IMG/VR virus record: IMGVR_UViG_3300042260_000394
DNA length: 55,269 nt
Strand: one strand, 5' to 3'
DNA from: an uncultured virus (IMG/VR IMGVR_UViG_3300042260_000394)
Taxonomy: Duplodnaviria; Heunggongvirae; Uroviricota; Caudoviricetes
Translations under genes and position numbers: made by a program
Notes under the pieces: model-generated
What the model saw: the letters and a program-made list of their open reading frames with translations, nothing else
Told to the model about the DNA's origin: nothing
Databases searched by the model: none
Part shown: one piece after another, positions 1 to 9,646 of the stretch
Layout of the letters: the number at the start of each line of letters is the position of its first letter
How positions within the stretch are numbered: position 1 is the first letter of the stretch

Positions 1-1134
1 TAAAGAAGATGCGCTGTTTGACAACTCAACATAACCATAACGTGTCATGAAAGACACTGTTGGTTCGAATGTTGCTGGATCTAGAACAACACCAGAGCTC
101 ATCAATGGAATGTATGGGCAATAGAATGCTGGAGCGTCCATTTCGTTAGCGCCTTTGTAACCGATAAGGATCGGAGCATCGTCGCCAGCGTAGTGGTTAA
201 CATATACGCGAACAGAGCTGTTCAATGTACCAACGAACTTAGTGTTTGTTGGAGCTTCGAATGTACCTTCTGTTGTACGAGCAAATGCGCTTGTAGTAGC
301 AGATTGTAAGATTGTCAATGCTGTTGGAGAAACTACGATGTAGTTACCAGCACCACGACGTGTACGGCTAGCGATGTCGTTAGCGGCACGGTTTACCAAT
401 ACTGCTAAGGCAGCGTGTTGGTCACCAACGAAGTTGGCTTGACCGCTAACAGCGGCTTGGTCGTATGTACCATAAGCAGTACCGGCCAAGTTGATCAACG
501 AACCGATAACTTCTTGGTCAATTTCAGCTGTGATTTCTTGTGCCAATGCAGCCATGATTTCCGCTTCAACGTCAACACCGTGGATGGCTTGTGCGTCTTG
601 AGCGGCTTCAAATGTCCAACGAGCAGACAACTTACGGCTCTTAGCTTCAACAGTCTCTTTCAAGATCTGGATGTTCATCTTCTTGCCGCCTTGACCTTCT
701 AGGCTAGCAGTAGAAGCACCTTTACCACCAGCACCAGAGTACTGAGTAGCAATGCTGAATGGGCTTAGAGCTTCATCACCAGCAGTTACGGCTTTACCGA
801 TGTTACCAGACGCGTTGTCGGCAGCGTCAGCGCCTTCGGCGTAACGTACACGCAATGTGTGGATCTGGCTAACTGGACCTTGCATTGGCTGAACACCAAC
901 TAATTCGTTAGCGATAGTTGTTGGCATAACGCGACGAATAACAGGTAAAATAACCTTGTTTAAAACTGCAATGTTACCAGAAGCTGTGCCGCCAGCTGTT
1001 GCTGTTTCTGTCAAATACTTCTTTGTATTTTCCAAGCAGACTTCCATTGTAGTCTTGCGTTGACCTTGTAGGCCTTCTGTTAAGGCTTGCTTAGTAGCAG
1101 ACCAGTTTTTGCTTTCAAATAGAGCTTGTGACAT
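1..1134 (-). CDS. gp23: Major capsid protein (T4 gp23 family), 3' end runs off the window
   Basis: Not in the ORF track. Manual translation from ATG at 1134 gives MSQALFESKNWSATKQALTEGL...NKVILPVIRRVMPTTIANELVGVQPMQGPVSQIHTLRVRY, the typical gp23 signature. AGGAG RBS upstream; follows gp21/gp22. Confidence 0.97.
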   Translation of the reverse strand, partial: MSQALFESKNWSATKQALTEGLQGQRKTTMEVCLENTKKYLTETATAGGTASGNIAVLNKVILPVIRRVMPTTIANELVGVQPMQGPVSQIHTLRVRYAEGADAADNASGNIGKAVTAGDEALSPFSIATQYSGAGGKGASTASLEGQGGKKMNIQILKETVEAKSRKLSARWTFEAAQDAQAIHGVDVEAEIMAALAQEITAEIDQEVIGSLINLAGTAYGTYDQAAVSGQANFVGDQHAALAVLVNRAANDIASRTRRGAGNYIVVSPTALTILQSATTSAFARTTEGTFEAPTNTKFVGTLNSSVRVYVNHYAGDDAPILIGYKGANEMDAPAFYCPYIPLMSSGVVLDPATFEPTVSFMTRYGYVELSNSASSL

Positions 1135-1148
1135 ATAATGTCTCCTAA

Positions 1149-2261
1149 TTAAATCTTAATACCAGCGAGTTTACGAAGTTGTTGAATTGTTTCATCAGCT
1201 TCGGCTGGGGCGGCTTCGACAACTTGTGCTGTCTTATCGCCTGTAACCACAGTCTTCTGTGATTGCTGTCCTTCAACAAGTTGTTTCTTCTCACGACGAA
1301 CTTCCTCGTTTAAAACAGATGGCAGGTACTTCTGGAATTGGTCTTTTAGTTTAGCAGTATCTGTGCTTTCTAGTAACTCTTCCATGATTGCTCGTTTGTC
1401 TTTCGACAATGGTGAGCATAGGTCCTGCATGACGCGAACTCGCTGTGCTTGATCTTCCGCAATGCGCTGACGACGAAGCGACTCGCTAATTTGTTGTTCT
1501 TTTTGTGTTAGTGTTGATTGAGCTTCTGATAGTTGTGTGTTCATATCTGCTAGCTTACGATTCAATTCGCTAACGGCTGTACCGTCTGCAAACTTACTTG
1601 CCATAAACTCCGCGGCGAAGGCTTCCATAATCTTACGACCAAAGTTATTTTCTTTGGCTGTACGGATGTCTTCTTTTAATTGTGTTACTTCTTTCTTGAA
1701 AGATTCAGCAACCATTGTATTGATTTTCTCGCTTGCTTTCTTAATGAAATTAGAACGAGCTTCTGCAATAGCTTTACGACCTTCTGCAACTAACTTAACG
1801 CGAGCGTCAACTAGTTGTTTGTGATCTTCGTGCAATTCGCTTAGTTCAGAAGTTAGTTTACGTAAAGCAAACTCTTCTAATTGACCAACTGCATCTTTTT
1901 GTGATTGGCGGTCAGACTTTAGTTCTGCTACTTCTTTTGCCAATGTTTCCATTACAAATTTCTGTAGTAACTGTGCATCTTCGCTGATCTTGGCAGCATA
2001 CTTTACACGTTGAGCAACTGCTTCTTCACGTAAAGTTTTTAAATCGGCAGCACCTGCAGAGATAGTATCTTGCATTAGCTTGTCCATTGCTTCAATTAGC
2101 TGGCTTTTATCGTGTTCATAACGACCAGCAAATTCTTCGCGTAACTCAGCTGTAACTGATTCACGGCTTTCGGATAAGTGTTTTTCCCAAGCGGCGTTGA
2201 TGTTCTCACGCACCTCTTCGGATAAAACTACTGAACCTAACATTTCTGTAAATTGTGTCAT
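1149..2261 (-). CDS. gp22: Prohead core scaffolding protein (gp22-like)
   Basis: 370-aa coiled-coil, Glu/Lys-rich protein between protease and capsid; NNFGRKIMEAFAAEF and C-terminal LRKLAGI. Confidence 0.85.
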   Translation of the reverse strand: MTQFTEMLGSVVLSEEVRENINAAWEKHLSESRESVTAELREEFAGRYEHDKSQLIEAMDKLMQDTISAGAADLKTLREEAVAQRVKYAAKISEDAQLLQKFVMETLAKEVAELKSDRQSQKDAVGQLEEFALRKLTSELSELHEDHKQLVDARVKLVAEGRKAIAEARSNFIKKASEKINTMVAESFKKEVTQLKEDIRTAKENNFGRKIMEAFAAEFMASKFADGTAVSELNRKLADMNTQLSEAQSTLTQKEQQISESLRRQRIAEDQAQRVRVMQDLCSPLSKDKRAIMEELLESTDTAKLKDQFQKYLPSVLNEEVRREKKQLVEGQQSQKTVVTGDKTAQVVEAAPAEADETIQQLRKLAGIKI

Positions 2262-2276
2262 GTTTTTTCCTCAGAC

Positions 2277-2906
2277 TTATTTCAGATTCTGAATGAATCT
2301 ACGCACTTCGTTTTCTAAGTGCTTTTGTGCGGACCTATCGTAGGTCGCCGCGTAGGCCACGTCCATCAGAGCGGCACGTCTACGACTGCCCATTACTCGT
2401 TCATAAATTGCTGTTGGATAAGCATCAGGTGCGCTGGGTTGAGCAACAACGTCAACTGTAACGATTTCAAAGTCAGAAACTTTGCCGCTTTCAGTTACAT
2501 TGCCGGATCCACGGCTACTAACGCCTAGCTTAACACCACTTTCAAGCAATGTCTTAATAATGTTACCCATAGGTGTTGGGATTAGCTTTAATTTGCCAAA
2601 ACCGTTTTCGCCTTCCATCCACATGTCAGTAATCATATGACTTACGCGGTCAATGTTTACTTGTAAATCATCTGGGTGGTCTGCTTCACCTAATACAGAA
2701 TAACCTTGTTCTAGTCGAGACTTAATGCTCTCTACTGCACGGCTAATTTCATTAATAGGGTAAACACGACCGTTATGGTTTTGTTTAGCACCTTGAATAA
2801 AAATACCCTTCATGTAGAGATCTTTACCGCCACTGGCTGACTCTTTTGATTCAATAACCAAATTGGCTTGATCAAATGTTAAGTGTTCACGTAGTGGCTG
2901 GTTCAT
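2277..2906 (-). CDS. gp21: Prohead protease (gp21)
   Basis: GIFIQ...NHNGRVYP, LGEADHP, RVSHMI and LGVSSRGSG motifs of T4 gp21. Confidence 0.96.
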   Translation of the reverse strand: MNQPLREHLTFDQANLVIESKESASGGKDLYMKGIFIQGAKQNHNGRVYPINEISRAVESIKSRLEQGYSVLGEADHPDDLQVNIDRVSHMITDMWMEGENGFGKLKLIPTPMGNIIKTLLESGVKLGVSSRGSGNVTESGKVSDFEIVTVDVVAQPSAPDAYPTAIYERVMGSRRRAALMDVAYAATYDRSAQKHLENEVRRFIQNLK

Positions 2907-2911
2907 GATGA

Positions 2912-3625
2912 TTAGGCCTTAGTTGAAACTTTGCTGAGGGCTGGCTTAGTTGTACCACCCATGTCTTGTGCTTTTGGAGCGGCTGCTGGTGTTGTACCGC
3001 TTGGAGTACCACTTGCATTGCTTGCACCAATTTTAACTGCTGGACGAGCACCCATTGGGTTCTTGCCTGCAACTGGGCTATGTTTCTGATCAGCTTTGTC
3101 GCTGTTGTCTGGCTTAGCAACGGCTGTTAATTCTGCTGATTCTTCAATGCTTTCTGGCATTTCTTCTTCAGCTTCTACGTCGCCCATTTCTTCTTCTGCG
3201 CCCATTTCATCACCGGCACCAGAAACCATTTCTTCAAATTCTGCTTTTAATTTTGCTAATGCAGACTCAACGTCCATCATAGCATCTGCAACATCACCAG
3301 CGTCAGCATCAACTGCTTCTGCACCAGCTTCATCGCCTATGCCCATTTCGGCACCTAGGTCGTCTGTTGCGGCTTCTTCATCGCCTGCGCCCATTTCTGG
3401 AGCAAGTTCGTCGTCGCCTTCTTCTGTCAAATCGGCTTCAACTTCGTCAATTGAACCGCTTAAATCTGTTGTGTCTTCGTCTTCGAAGGCAATGTCATCA
3501 GCCATAATGTCTTCATAGACTTTACGACCAATACCTACATAGTAGTCATGTAACAATGCGCTAGCTTGATCTTCTTCTTTGTTAAGAAGGTGAGCTAATG
3601 CCTGTTCTAAGATTGATTTACTCAT
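2912..3625 (-). CDS. Highly acidic prohead core/scaffold protein
   Basis: Asp/Glu-rich 237 aa with AAGGAG RBS, in the position of T4 gp67/gp68 between portal and protease. Confidence 0.65.
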   Translation of the reverse strand: MSKSILEQALAHLLNKEEDQASALLHDYYVGIGRKVYEDIMADDIAFEDEDTTDLSGSIDEVEADLTEEGDDELAPEMGAGDEEAATDDLGAEMGIGDEAGAEAVDADAGDVADAMMDVESALAKLKAEFEEMVSGAGDEMGAEEEMGDVEAEEEMPESIEESAELTAVAKPDNSDKADQKHSPVAGKNPMGARPAVKIGASNASGTPSGTTPAAAPKAQDMGGTTKPALSKVSTKA

Positions 3626-3682
3626 TTATTTCTCCTTGCGCTAAGGGGAAGGCATATTATTTGAATATACCGTACCAATAAC

Positions 3683-3688
3683 TACTTA
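3683..3688 (-). promoter_or_regulatory. Putative late promoter box TAAGTA for core/protease/capsid genes
   Basis: Variant of the T4-type late box TAAATA, in the intergenic gap upstream of 3625. Confidence 0.6.
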
Positions 3689-3771
3689 CTAATGACGCAA
3701 AGGATTATGGCGGAAATGGCGGAAAAACTGTCTGTTTTTACGCAATAAGTGTCAAAAAATATAATTTAGTG

Positions 3772-3978
3772 TTAGACTGGTGCTGGTCTAGCGTACATTT
3801 TTTTGACTAGGTCTAGTCGTTGAGCTTCTTCGTATTTTCGTAGATCACGTAGCTTTCTCAAGCGATTTACGTGCTCAAGCGTTAAACGCTTGCGGCGCAT
3901 ATCACCATAAAAGGCCACGTCCGGATCGACTTCTGATTCGATCTCATCTTCGATTTCTAATAGGTCGTTAAATCTCAT
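3772..3978 (-). CDS. Small head-module protein (68 aa, MRFNDLLE...RKRLTLEHVNRLRK)
   Basis: Start re-called to ATG 3978, which is preceded by TAAGTA-N5 and avoids overlap with the portal gene. Confidence 0.75.
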   Translation of the reverse strand: MRFNDLLEIEDEIESEVDPDVAFYGDMRRKRLTLEHVNRLRKLRDLRKYEEAQRLDLVKKMYARPAPV

Positions 3979-3983
3979 ACTCT

Positions 3984-3989
3984 TACTTA
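3984..3989 (-). promoter_or_regulatory. Late promoter box TAAGTA, 5 nt before ATG 3978
   Basis: Minus strand reads cTAAGTAagagtATG. Confidence 0.65.
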
Positions 3990-4003
3990 GTAAAAAGTGA
4001 AAT

Positions 4004-5692
4004 TTACGCGGCCGGTGGCGTTGGTGGTGGTACAACGCCTTCGGCTCCGCCTTCTGCACCTGGCTCAGCAGTTCCGCCACCCTCAGCTTCAAGATCTTCC
4101 ATACCCATGCCAAGATCTAAATCAGCTTCGCCGGGACCTTTAAGTCCAGTTGCACCAAAGCCAGCGCCTTCGTCGCCACTTGAAGCCATAGCGTCTTGGC
4201 CTTCATTTTCTTCAGTCCACATACGTTCGTTTTCCAAGATTTCATCTTCTGTCAAGCCTAAGAATTTCTTCAACTTGAATCTATGGCTTAGATAAGGAAT
4301 CTCAGAAAGCTGTGTAAACACTGCTGAACGTGCATTGTTAACTTCAATTTCACGATAGTCAGAGAAGTTTTGTGGCTCTAAGAAGTCGATGTCGAACTCC
4401 GAGCTGTCAATGTTAATACCACGTTGCTTCATAAAGACTTTAAACTCTTTATCTAGCATAGGAGCAATTAAACCTTGTAGTCTGCGGCAGTAACGATTGA
4501 AACGGAACTCTTGAATCAGTGCTGTGCCCATACGTCCGTCGTTGAAAACAGCCGCGCTGTCATCGGGACCAGTTGGCAAATAGCTACTTGGAATACGTAA
4601 GCCACGAAGCATTTTGTTTGTAAAATACTTCAAGTCATCAATTTCACCTAAACCAGTACCGCCAGGTAGTGTTTCAACTTTACTGCCACGACCGTCGGCT
4701 GTTTGAGCAAAGAAGAAGTCTTCCATGATACTCAATGGATTGTAGCTTGCATCAACTGCATTTGAGCCACCTGCACGAGTTGGAATACGGCGCTGGTGAA
4801 TTTCGTTTTTAACACGCTCAACGAATGCCATTGCTTGGTGAGCTGGCAAGTTACCCGTGTCAATGTAAAATACACGGCGTTCTGGCGCACGTTGTACACG
4901 ATAGATAATAACAGCATCTTCAAGCATTTCTTTTTGTTTGTATACTTTAAATACGCTATCAAGAATACTTGGGCCAAATGGCCAGCTTGCATCTAAACCT
5001 TCGTTTAGACTAATGTGAATAATGTCGTTGGCATCAATGGCGACTTCGCCGCCTTGTTGGCCAGGCTTGGCATAGTTACTTGATTGAGAAACAGGGCCGG
5101 CTGCATTTGTTACTGCGGCACCTGGTAATGTTTGTACGTTGTCAATTGGCTGTGTTGCAATTTTAGCAGCCATGTTAGGATGCACGTTGGCAATAACGTA
5201 TTGCTCAACTGCACGACCTTCTGCTTCGTTAATAACTGCACGTTTAACATCGACTGGGTTTACCCAGTATAGTTCAAATGTTTCTGGATCACGCAAGAAA
5301 AAGTGATCGCCATACTTGATTGCACTACGGAACATGCGGAATACACGTTGATCCATTTTGTTAATAGCGCACCATTTTTTAAGTGCTTCATTAACAACTT
5401 TGCTTTCGCTTTCAGTTGGATCTTCTTTCCACATAATGCGGAATGGTAAGTTTGAGTCTGCATCAGCTTGTGTGCAAAACTCAGCAATTGTATCTAATGC
5501 GGCGTTTACTTCGCTGTCGATATCCATTTGATCGTACTGAACATAACGGTCTGTACGGTTTGGTTGGCCAGTATATACTTCTTGTAACCAAGATGCAAAC
5601 TTAGCAGACGTAGCTGATGCTCCGCCTCGTTGGCCAGCAGAAGTCTTTTCAGCTTCTGCGTCCCAAATTTTAAAATGTTTTCTCCAGCTCAT
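4004..5692 (-). CDS. gp20: Portal vertex protein (gp20)
   Basis: LEDAVIIYRVQRAPERRVFYIDTGNLP, EDFFF, VETLPGG and DDLKYF motifs. Confidence 0.97.
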   Translation of the reverse strand: MSWRKHFKIWDAEAEKTSAGQRGGASATSAKFASWLQEVYTGQPNRTDRYVQYDQMDIDSEVNAALDTIAEFCTQADADSNLPFRIMWKEDPTESESKVVNEALKKWCAINKMDQRVFRMFRSAIKYGDHFFLRDPETFELYWVNPVDVKRAVINEAEGRAVEQYVIANVHPNMAAKIATQPIDNVQTLPGAAVTNAAGPVSQSSNYAKPGQQGGEVAIDANDIIHISLNEGLDASWPFGPSILDSVFKVYKQKEMLEDAVIIYRVQRAPERRVFYIDTGNLPAHQAMAFVERVKNEIHQRRIPTRAGGSNAVDASYNPLSIMEDFFFAQTADGRGSKVETLPGGTGLGEIDDLKYFTNKMLRGLRIPSSYLPTGPDDSAAVFNDGRMGTALIQEFRFNRYCRRLQGLIAPMLDKEFKVFMKQRGINIDSSEFDIDFLEPQNFSDYREIEVNNARSAVFTQLSEIPYLSHRFKLKKFLGLTEDEILENERMWTEENEGQDAMASSGDEGAGFGATGLKGPGEADLDLGMGMEDLEAEGGGTAEPGAEGGAEGVVPPPTPPAA

Positions 5693-5699
5693 AGTTTAT

Positions 5700-5705
5700 T
5701 ACTTA
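5700..5705 (-). promoter_or_regulatory. Late promoter box TAAGTA, 7 nt before portal ATG
   Basis: Minus strand reads gaTAAGTAataaactATG, with no SD sequence. Confidence 0.6.
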
Positions 5706-5715
5706 TCGTATGTTA

Positions 5716-8658
5716 TTAAGACAATCTAACCGGACTTTCATATCCGTTTTTTCGTGTATTGCCTCGAATTGCTTGTAAATCGTTTTCAATGTTAGACAGA
5801 TATGACATCAACTGTCCGATTACTTCTGGTGTTATTGCGGCGTTGCCAGATAACACATTTGACAATGCATTACCTTGTTGTGGTGCGCCAGCAATGCCAT
5901 CCGTTGATATTTGTGGGATAGACAATCCGTCTAAACTTGGCATGTCAATGTTGCTTATTTCAACTAACGCATTTTTAAAATTGTCTAATGCATCAAGGTC
6001 TAATGATTTTAAGTTCTCATTGATCAATCCAATACTTGATCCAAACTTAAACATGCCTTCGCCAATCATGCTGATCTTATCAGCAACTGGTACCAACTCT
6101 AAAATACGTTCCATTGGGCTTTTTGCGCCAAATAGACTCATTAATCCAGTTACTAAACTGGTTGCTGTTGCCGCTACCATACCAGCCGCAAAAACAACTG
6201 CACCAGCGCCAACTGCCGCAAGGCCTGCACCTACTGCAATTAAGTTTACACCATCAATTTTACCAACTTTTTCTATTGCATTAGCAAACACATCTGCGGC
6301 TTGGGCAGCAACCCAAGCACCTGCACCAAACACACCAAGTGCTAGACCTAATGCGCCGATTGCTAATGAACCGGCTGCAATGACCGGTAAGAAGGCTCCC
6401 ATTACTCCAGCGGCTACTGCAAATACACCTAGTGCAACTGCTCCTTTGGCAATGCCTTCCCAATTTAAATCGTTGAATGTTTGGAAGCCTTTACCTGCTA
6501 CCCACATAGCGGCCCCAAGTGCGGCAATTCCTAATGCTCCTTTTAATATACTAGAAGTCATATTACCAATCATTTGTGCCGACACTGCCAGTGCGCCTAG
6601 CGCGAGACCACCTTTAACTAAACTATCCCAGTTAACTTCATTAAATGTTTTGAATCCTACAGCCGAAACTAATACAGCGGCACCTAAAATTGCAATGGCA
6701 GCGGCACCTTTAACAATACCTGTTGTTGCTTCTCCGACTAGTCTAGCCATACCAATTAGGCCGCCAAGTGCAATAGTGCCTTTTGCTAAACTGTCCCACT
6801 TGACTTCATTGAATGTTTTTAATCCCACGGCAGTTAATGCCAATGCACTGCCTAGTAATGCAAGAGTAGCGGCACCTTTGACAGTTTTGCTTTCGCCCAA
6901 CTTTCCTAACATATCGCCAAAGCCTTCCATACCCTTGCCTGCGGCTCCGCTTAACTTGTCCATGATTCCACTGCCTGCGCCACCTGCTGAGGCAGTTGGG
7001 CCATTTTTCCAACCTGCAAATGATCCTGGTGCCGGTCCGGCAGTACCCATCTTCTTGCCAAACATGCCACCAAACATGTCGCCTAACTTACTACCTAAGC
7101 CGCCTTTAAATAACCCACCCCCTGCGCCAAATAATGCAATTGCACCTAAACTAGTTGCCAATGTTGCAATAGTAGCTGTGATACCTAATAACACATTTCG
7201 CAAACTTTCAATGGCTGCTTGCAAGCTATTCATAGCCATTATATTTTTTGCTTCAGATGTCAAGGGTTCTGCTTTTCCAGCGTCTTTGTCACCTGTTTTT
7301 ATTTTAGTAGCTGTATCAAGTAATTTTGCAAGAGGTCCAGCAAGATCAGCATTATTAACTGCTAATCTATTGCCTTCCATGCCCAATGCTTCCATAGCAG
7401 GCAACAATGCTTTTATATTTTTATTAAACGCATCGGTATCATTGCCACCATTGGTCCCACGTATTGCCTGTTCAAGAAGTTCTAGCGCTCTAAATTGTGA
7501 TTGATTTCCGCCAGCTTCTGCCAATGCGCCCCTTGCCGCGCCAGCATCGCCTTCGGAAAGAGCTTTGGCAATTCTAGCACCTAAATCAGCATCAGAAGTG
7601 ACACCAAATGCTTCCACTGCCGGAGCTATTTTTACGGCTCCAGTATTACCCGTGGCAGCACTAAATCTACCTGCGGTAGTTTCTCTAAACTTCTGCATCG
7701 CGGCTTGAAGTTCTCTTGTACTAGTACCAAATGTGTTGCTTAATTTGCGAGTACTAATTACCGTGTCTTCCATTTGCTTGGCAAATCTTTGCTGTGCATC
7801 TTGTGCGTCTTTGGCTCCGTAAGCCGCATCTCGGGCAATTGCCCCCATGAGTTTCGCACGTTCTTCCTCTGACATGCCCATTGCCGCGGCTGCGTTGGCA
7901 GCACGGTCAACGCTTTTGACTAGATCTTTGCCCAATGCATTACGCATGGTAGAGTTTAGATAGGAACTACCATACTTTAGACCACGGCTTAAATTGCTCA
8001 GGTTCTCTGCGGCTTCTTGACTATTAGCGCCAAATGCTCTAAATCCGCCTTGGCTTTCTTCAATTACTTTAATGAAGGCAGCGCCTAGGCCACTCATCAG
8101 TTTCATCTGCGTAATTGAACCAACACTAAACTTGCTTAGATCAGCAAATGCTCCCATGTCAGCGGCGTTCTTTGCAAATTCTTGAAGCTGACCAATTGCG
8201 AAACCAGCCCCCCAGGCCATGCCTCCGACAATTTTACCAAAAGTAGATCCTGTACCTAGTAAGCTACCACTGAAACTTCTAAGCATGGTAGTCATATTTG
8301 CATCGGCACTAATCATTGATGCGCCTAAATCCTTAAACGCATCAGTTGTTTGTTCTTGTATACGTTTGGCTTTTAGTTGCTCTTTGGTTAAATCTTGTTG
8401 GGCATCAACTGCTTTTTCAGACGCTTTGATTTCTTCTTCTGTTTGCTTGTTTAGGGCCTGAATTGTCTTGGTTGCTTTTTTTATTTCTTCGCGATTGGCT
8501 TTTTCAGTTGCATCAGCGGCTTTGGCACGTGGCACTGGACCATTTTTTGGAGTACCAGACGATGACGTTTGGTTACTGCCACGGCCAACAGAACTTGACA
8601 CGCTGTCTAGCTTGTCTGTTAATCTGTTTATTGCCTTTATGAGTTCTTTATCATCCAT
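5716..8658 (-). CDS. Tail tape measure protein
   Basis: 980 aa, Ala/Gly-rich and helical, with periodic F-x-x-F-N-E/D-x-x-W repeats and hydrophobic segments; adjacent to the gp26/gp51-like pair. Confidence 0.85.
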   Translation of the reverse strand: MDDKELIKAINRLTDKLDSVSSSVGRGSNQTSSSGTPKNGPVPRAKAADATEKANREEIKKATKTIQALNKQTEEEIKASEKAVDAQQDLTKEQLKAKRIQEQTTDAFKDLGASMISADANMTTMLRSFSGSLLGTGSTFGKIVGGMAWGAGFAIGQLQEFAKNAADMGAFADLSKFSVGSITQMKLMSGLGAAFIKVIEESQGGFRAFGANSQEAAENLSNLSRGLKYGSSYLNSTMRNALGKDLVKSVDRAANAAAAMGMSEEERAKLMGAIARDAAYGAKDAQDAQQRFAKQMEDTVISTRKLSNTFGTSTRELQAAMQKFRETTAGRFSAATGNTGAVKIAPAVEAFGVTSDADLGARIAKALSEGDAGAARGALAEAGGNQSQFRALELLEQAIRGTNGGNDTDAFNKNIKALLPAMEALGMEGNRLAVNNADLAGPLAKLLDTATKIKTGDKDAGKAEPLTSEAKNIMAMNSLQAAIESLRNVLLGITATIATLATSLGAIALFGAGGGLFKGGLGSKLGDMFGGMFGKKMGTAGPAPGSFAGWKNGPTASAGGAGSGIMDKLSGAAGKGMEGFGDMLGKLGESKTVKGAATLALLGSALALTAVGLKTFNEVKWDSLAKGTIALGGLIGMARLVGEATTGIVKGAAAIAILGAAVLVSAVGFKTFNEVNWDSLVKGGLALGALAVSAQMIGNMTSSILKGALGIAALGAAMWVAGKGFQTFNDLNWEGIAKGAVALGVFAVAAGVMGAFLPVIAAGSLAIGALGLALGVFGAGAWVAAQAADVFANAIEKVGKIDGVNLIAVGAGLAAVGAGAVVFAAGMVAATATSLVTGLMSLFGAKSPMERILELVPVADKISMIGEGMFKFGSSIGLINENLKSLDLDALDNFKNALVEISNIDMPSLDGLSIPQISTDGIAGAPQQGNALSNVLSGNAAITPEVIGQLMSYLSNIENDLQAIRGNTRKNGYESPVRLS

Positions 8659-8695
8659 TTGGAAAATTTGGTCCTTTAACCGTTAAAACTGTACA

Positions 8696-8701
8696 TAAAT
8701 A
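8696..8701 (+). promoter_or_regulatory. Late promoter box TAAATA for gp26-like gene
   Basis: caTAAATAcatttatg, inside the inverted repeat CATAAAT-AC-ATTTATG (8694-8709). Confidence 0.65.
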
Positions 8702-8728
8702 CATTTATGATATAGGTTCTATTACACC

Positions 8729-8734
8729 TATTTA
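8729..8734 (-). promoter_or_regulatory. Late promoter box TAAATA for tape measure gene
   Basis: Minus strand reads cggTAAATAgg, the same context as the box at 15566. Confidence 0.65.
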
Positions 8735-8752
8735 CCGTTAAGGATTAACTAC

Positions 8753-9646
8753 ATGGATAACTCAAACCCACTAAAACAGCCAATTAAGCAGCCTGTTGCC
8801 AACCCATTGGCACAATACTATCGTAAGCCTGGCACTTATATTGAACTACCAAGTGGTGGACGTTTTTATAACACAACACCAAAGCTAAGTGACACTGGCG
8901 AATTGGCTGTATACCCAATGACTGCCAAAGATGAACTTGCGCTAAAGAATCCAGACGCGTTGTTAAACGGCGAAGCACTAAAACAAGTTATTGCTTCAGT
9001 ATGCCCTGACATTGCCAATGTATCAGAAATTCCAGCGCCTGATATTGATGCTATCTTAGTTGCCATGCGTATGACCAGCTATGGCGATGATATGGAGCTT
9101 GACGTAACCCATGGTTGTGAAGAAAGCGGTGGCAAGTCACAAAGAGTTACAGTTGGATTAGGCAGTGTGTTATCAACATCACGTGCTATTCCTGAAACAT
9201 TAGGTACAGTAACATTAGCAAATGGCGTAGTTGTACAGCTAAAGCCATATACATTAGAAGCACAAAGTCGCTTACTTCGTGTGCAATTTAACACAATGCG
9301 CCAGTTACAAGGTGCAGAAGCCAACGAAAACTCTACCATTGAACAAAAAGCAGATATTGCCAATCGCGGGTATGATCAGTTGGTTGCACTAAGTCAAGAT
9401 ATCCTTGCCGCTAGTATCACAGTTGTTCGATTACCAGACGGTGTTGAAGTAACAAATTTCAATCACATTTACGAATGGGTTAAGAACTTAGATCGTGCAA
9501 GTAACGAACGTCTTGACGAGGAAATTAAAGCATTTGGCAAGTATGGTATCACTCGCACATTAGAAGTAACTTGCGATCATTGCAAAAACAAATTTACTAC
9601 TGATATGCTATTTGATCCCACAAGTTTTTTCAGCGTCGGCTCTTGA
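8753..9646 (+). CDS. gp26: Baseplate hub assembly protein / tape-measure chaperone (T4 gp26-like)
   Basis: NPLAQYYRKP...LPSGG, YPMTAKDE, DIDAILVAMRMTSYG, C-terminal CxxC and ...DPTSFF ending. Confidence 0.85.
   Translation: MDNSNPLKQPIKQPVANPLAQYYRKPGTYIELPSGGRFYNTTPKLSDTGELAVYPMTAKDELALKNPDALLNGEALKQVIASVCPDIANVSEIPAPDIDAILVAMRMTSYGDDMELDVTHGCEESGGKSQRVTVGLGSVLSTSRAIPETLGTVTLANGVVVQLKPYTLEAQSRLLRVQFNTMRQLQGAEANENSTIEQKADIANRGYDQLVALSQDILAASITVVRLPDGVEVTNFNHIYEWVKNLDRASNERLDEEIKAFGKYGITRTLEVTCDHCKNKFTTDMLFDPTSFFSVGS
9625..9631 (+). promoter_or_regulatory. Putative -1 programmed ribosomal frameshift slippery site T-TTT-TTC
   Basis: X-XXY-YYZ heptamer correctly phased in the gp26 frame; the -1 frame is open straight into ORF 9643-9864. 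Confidence 0.7.

Noticed and set aside
415..702. 95-aa plus-strand ORF (and similar short ORFs opposite real genes throughout, e.g. 3096-3518, 53099-53875)
   Set aside because: These lie antisense to clearly identified genes such as gp23.
3630..3650. Hairpin overlapping the SD of the acidic core gene
   Set aside because: It has a C-A mismatch on the coding strand and a short stem, too weak to call regulatory.
3707..3724. Tandem 9-mer ATGGCGGAA x2 upstream of the head-gene promoter
   Set aside because: Only two copies and not noticed elsewhere; could be chance.
5759..7504. 581-aa plus-strand ORF
   Set aside because: It is the antisense shadow of the Ala/Gly-rich tape measure gene, with no RBS or recognisable motifs.
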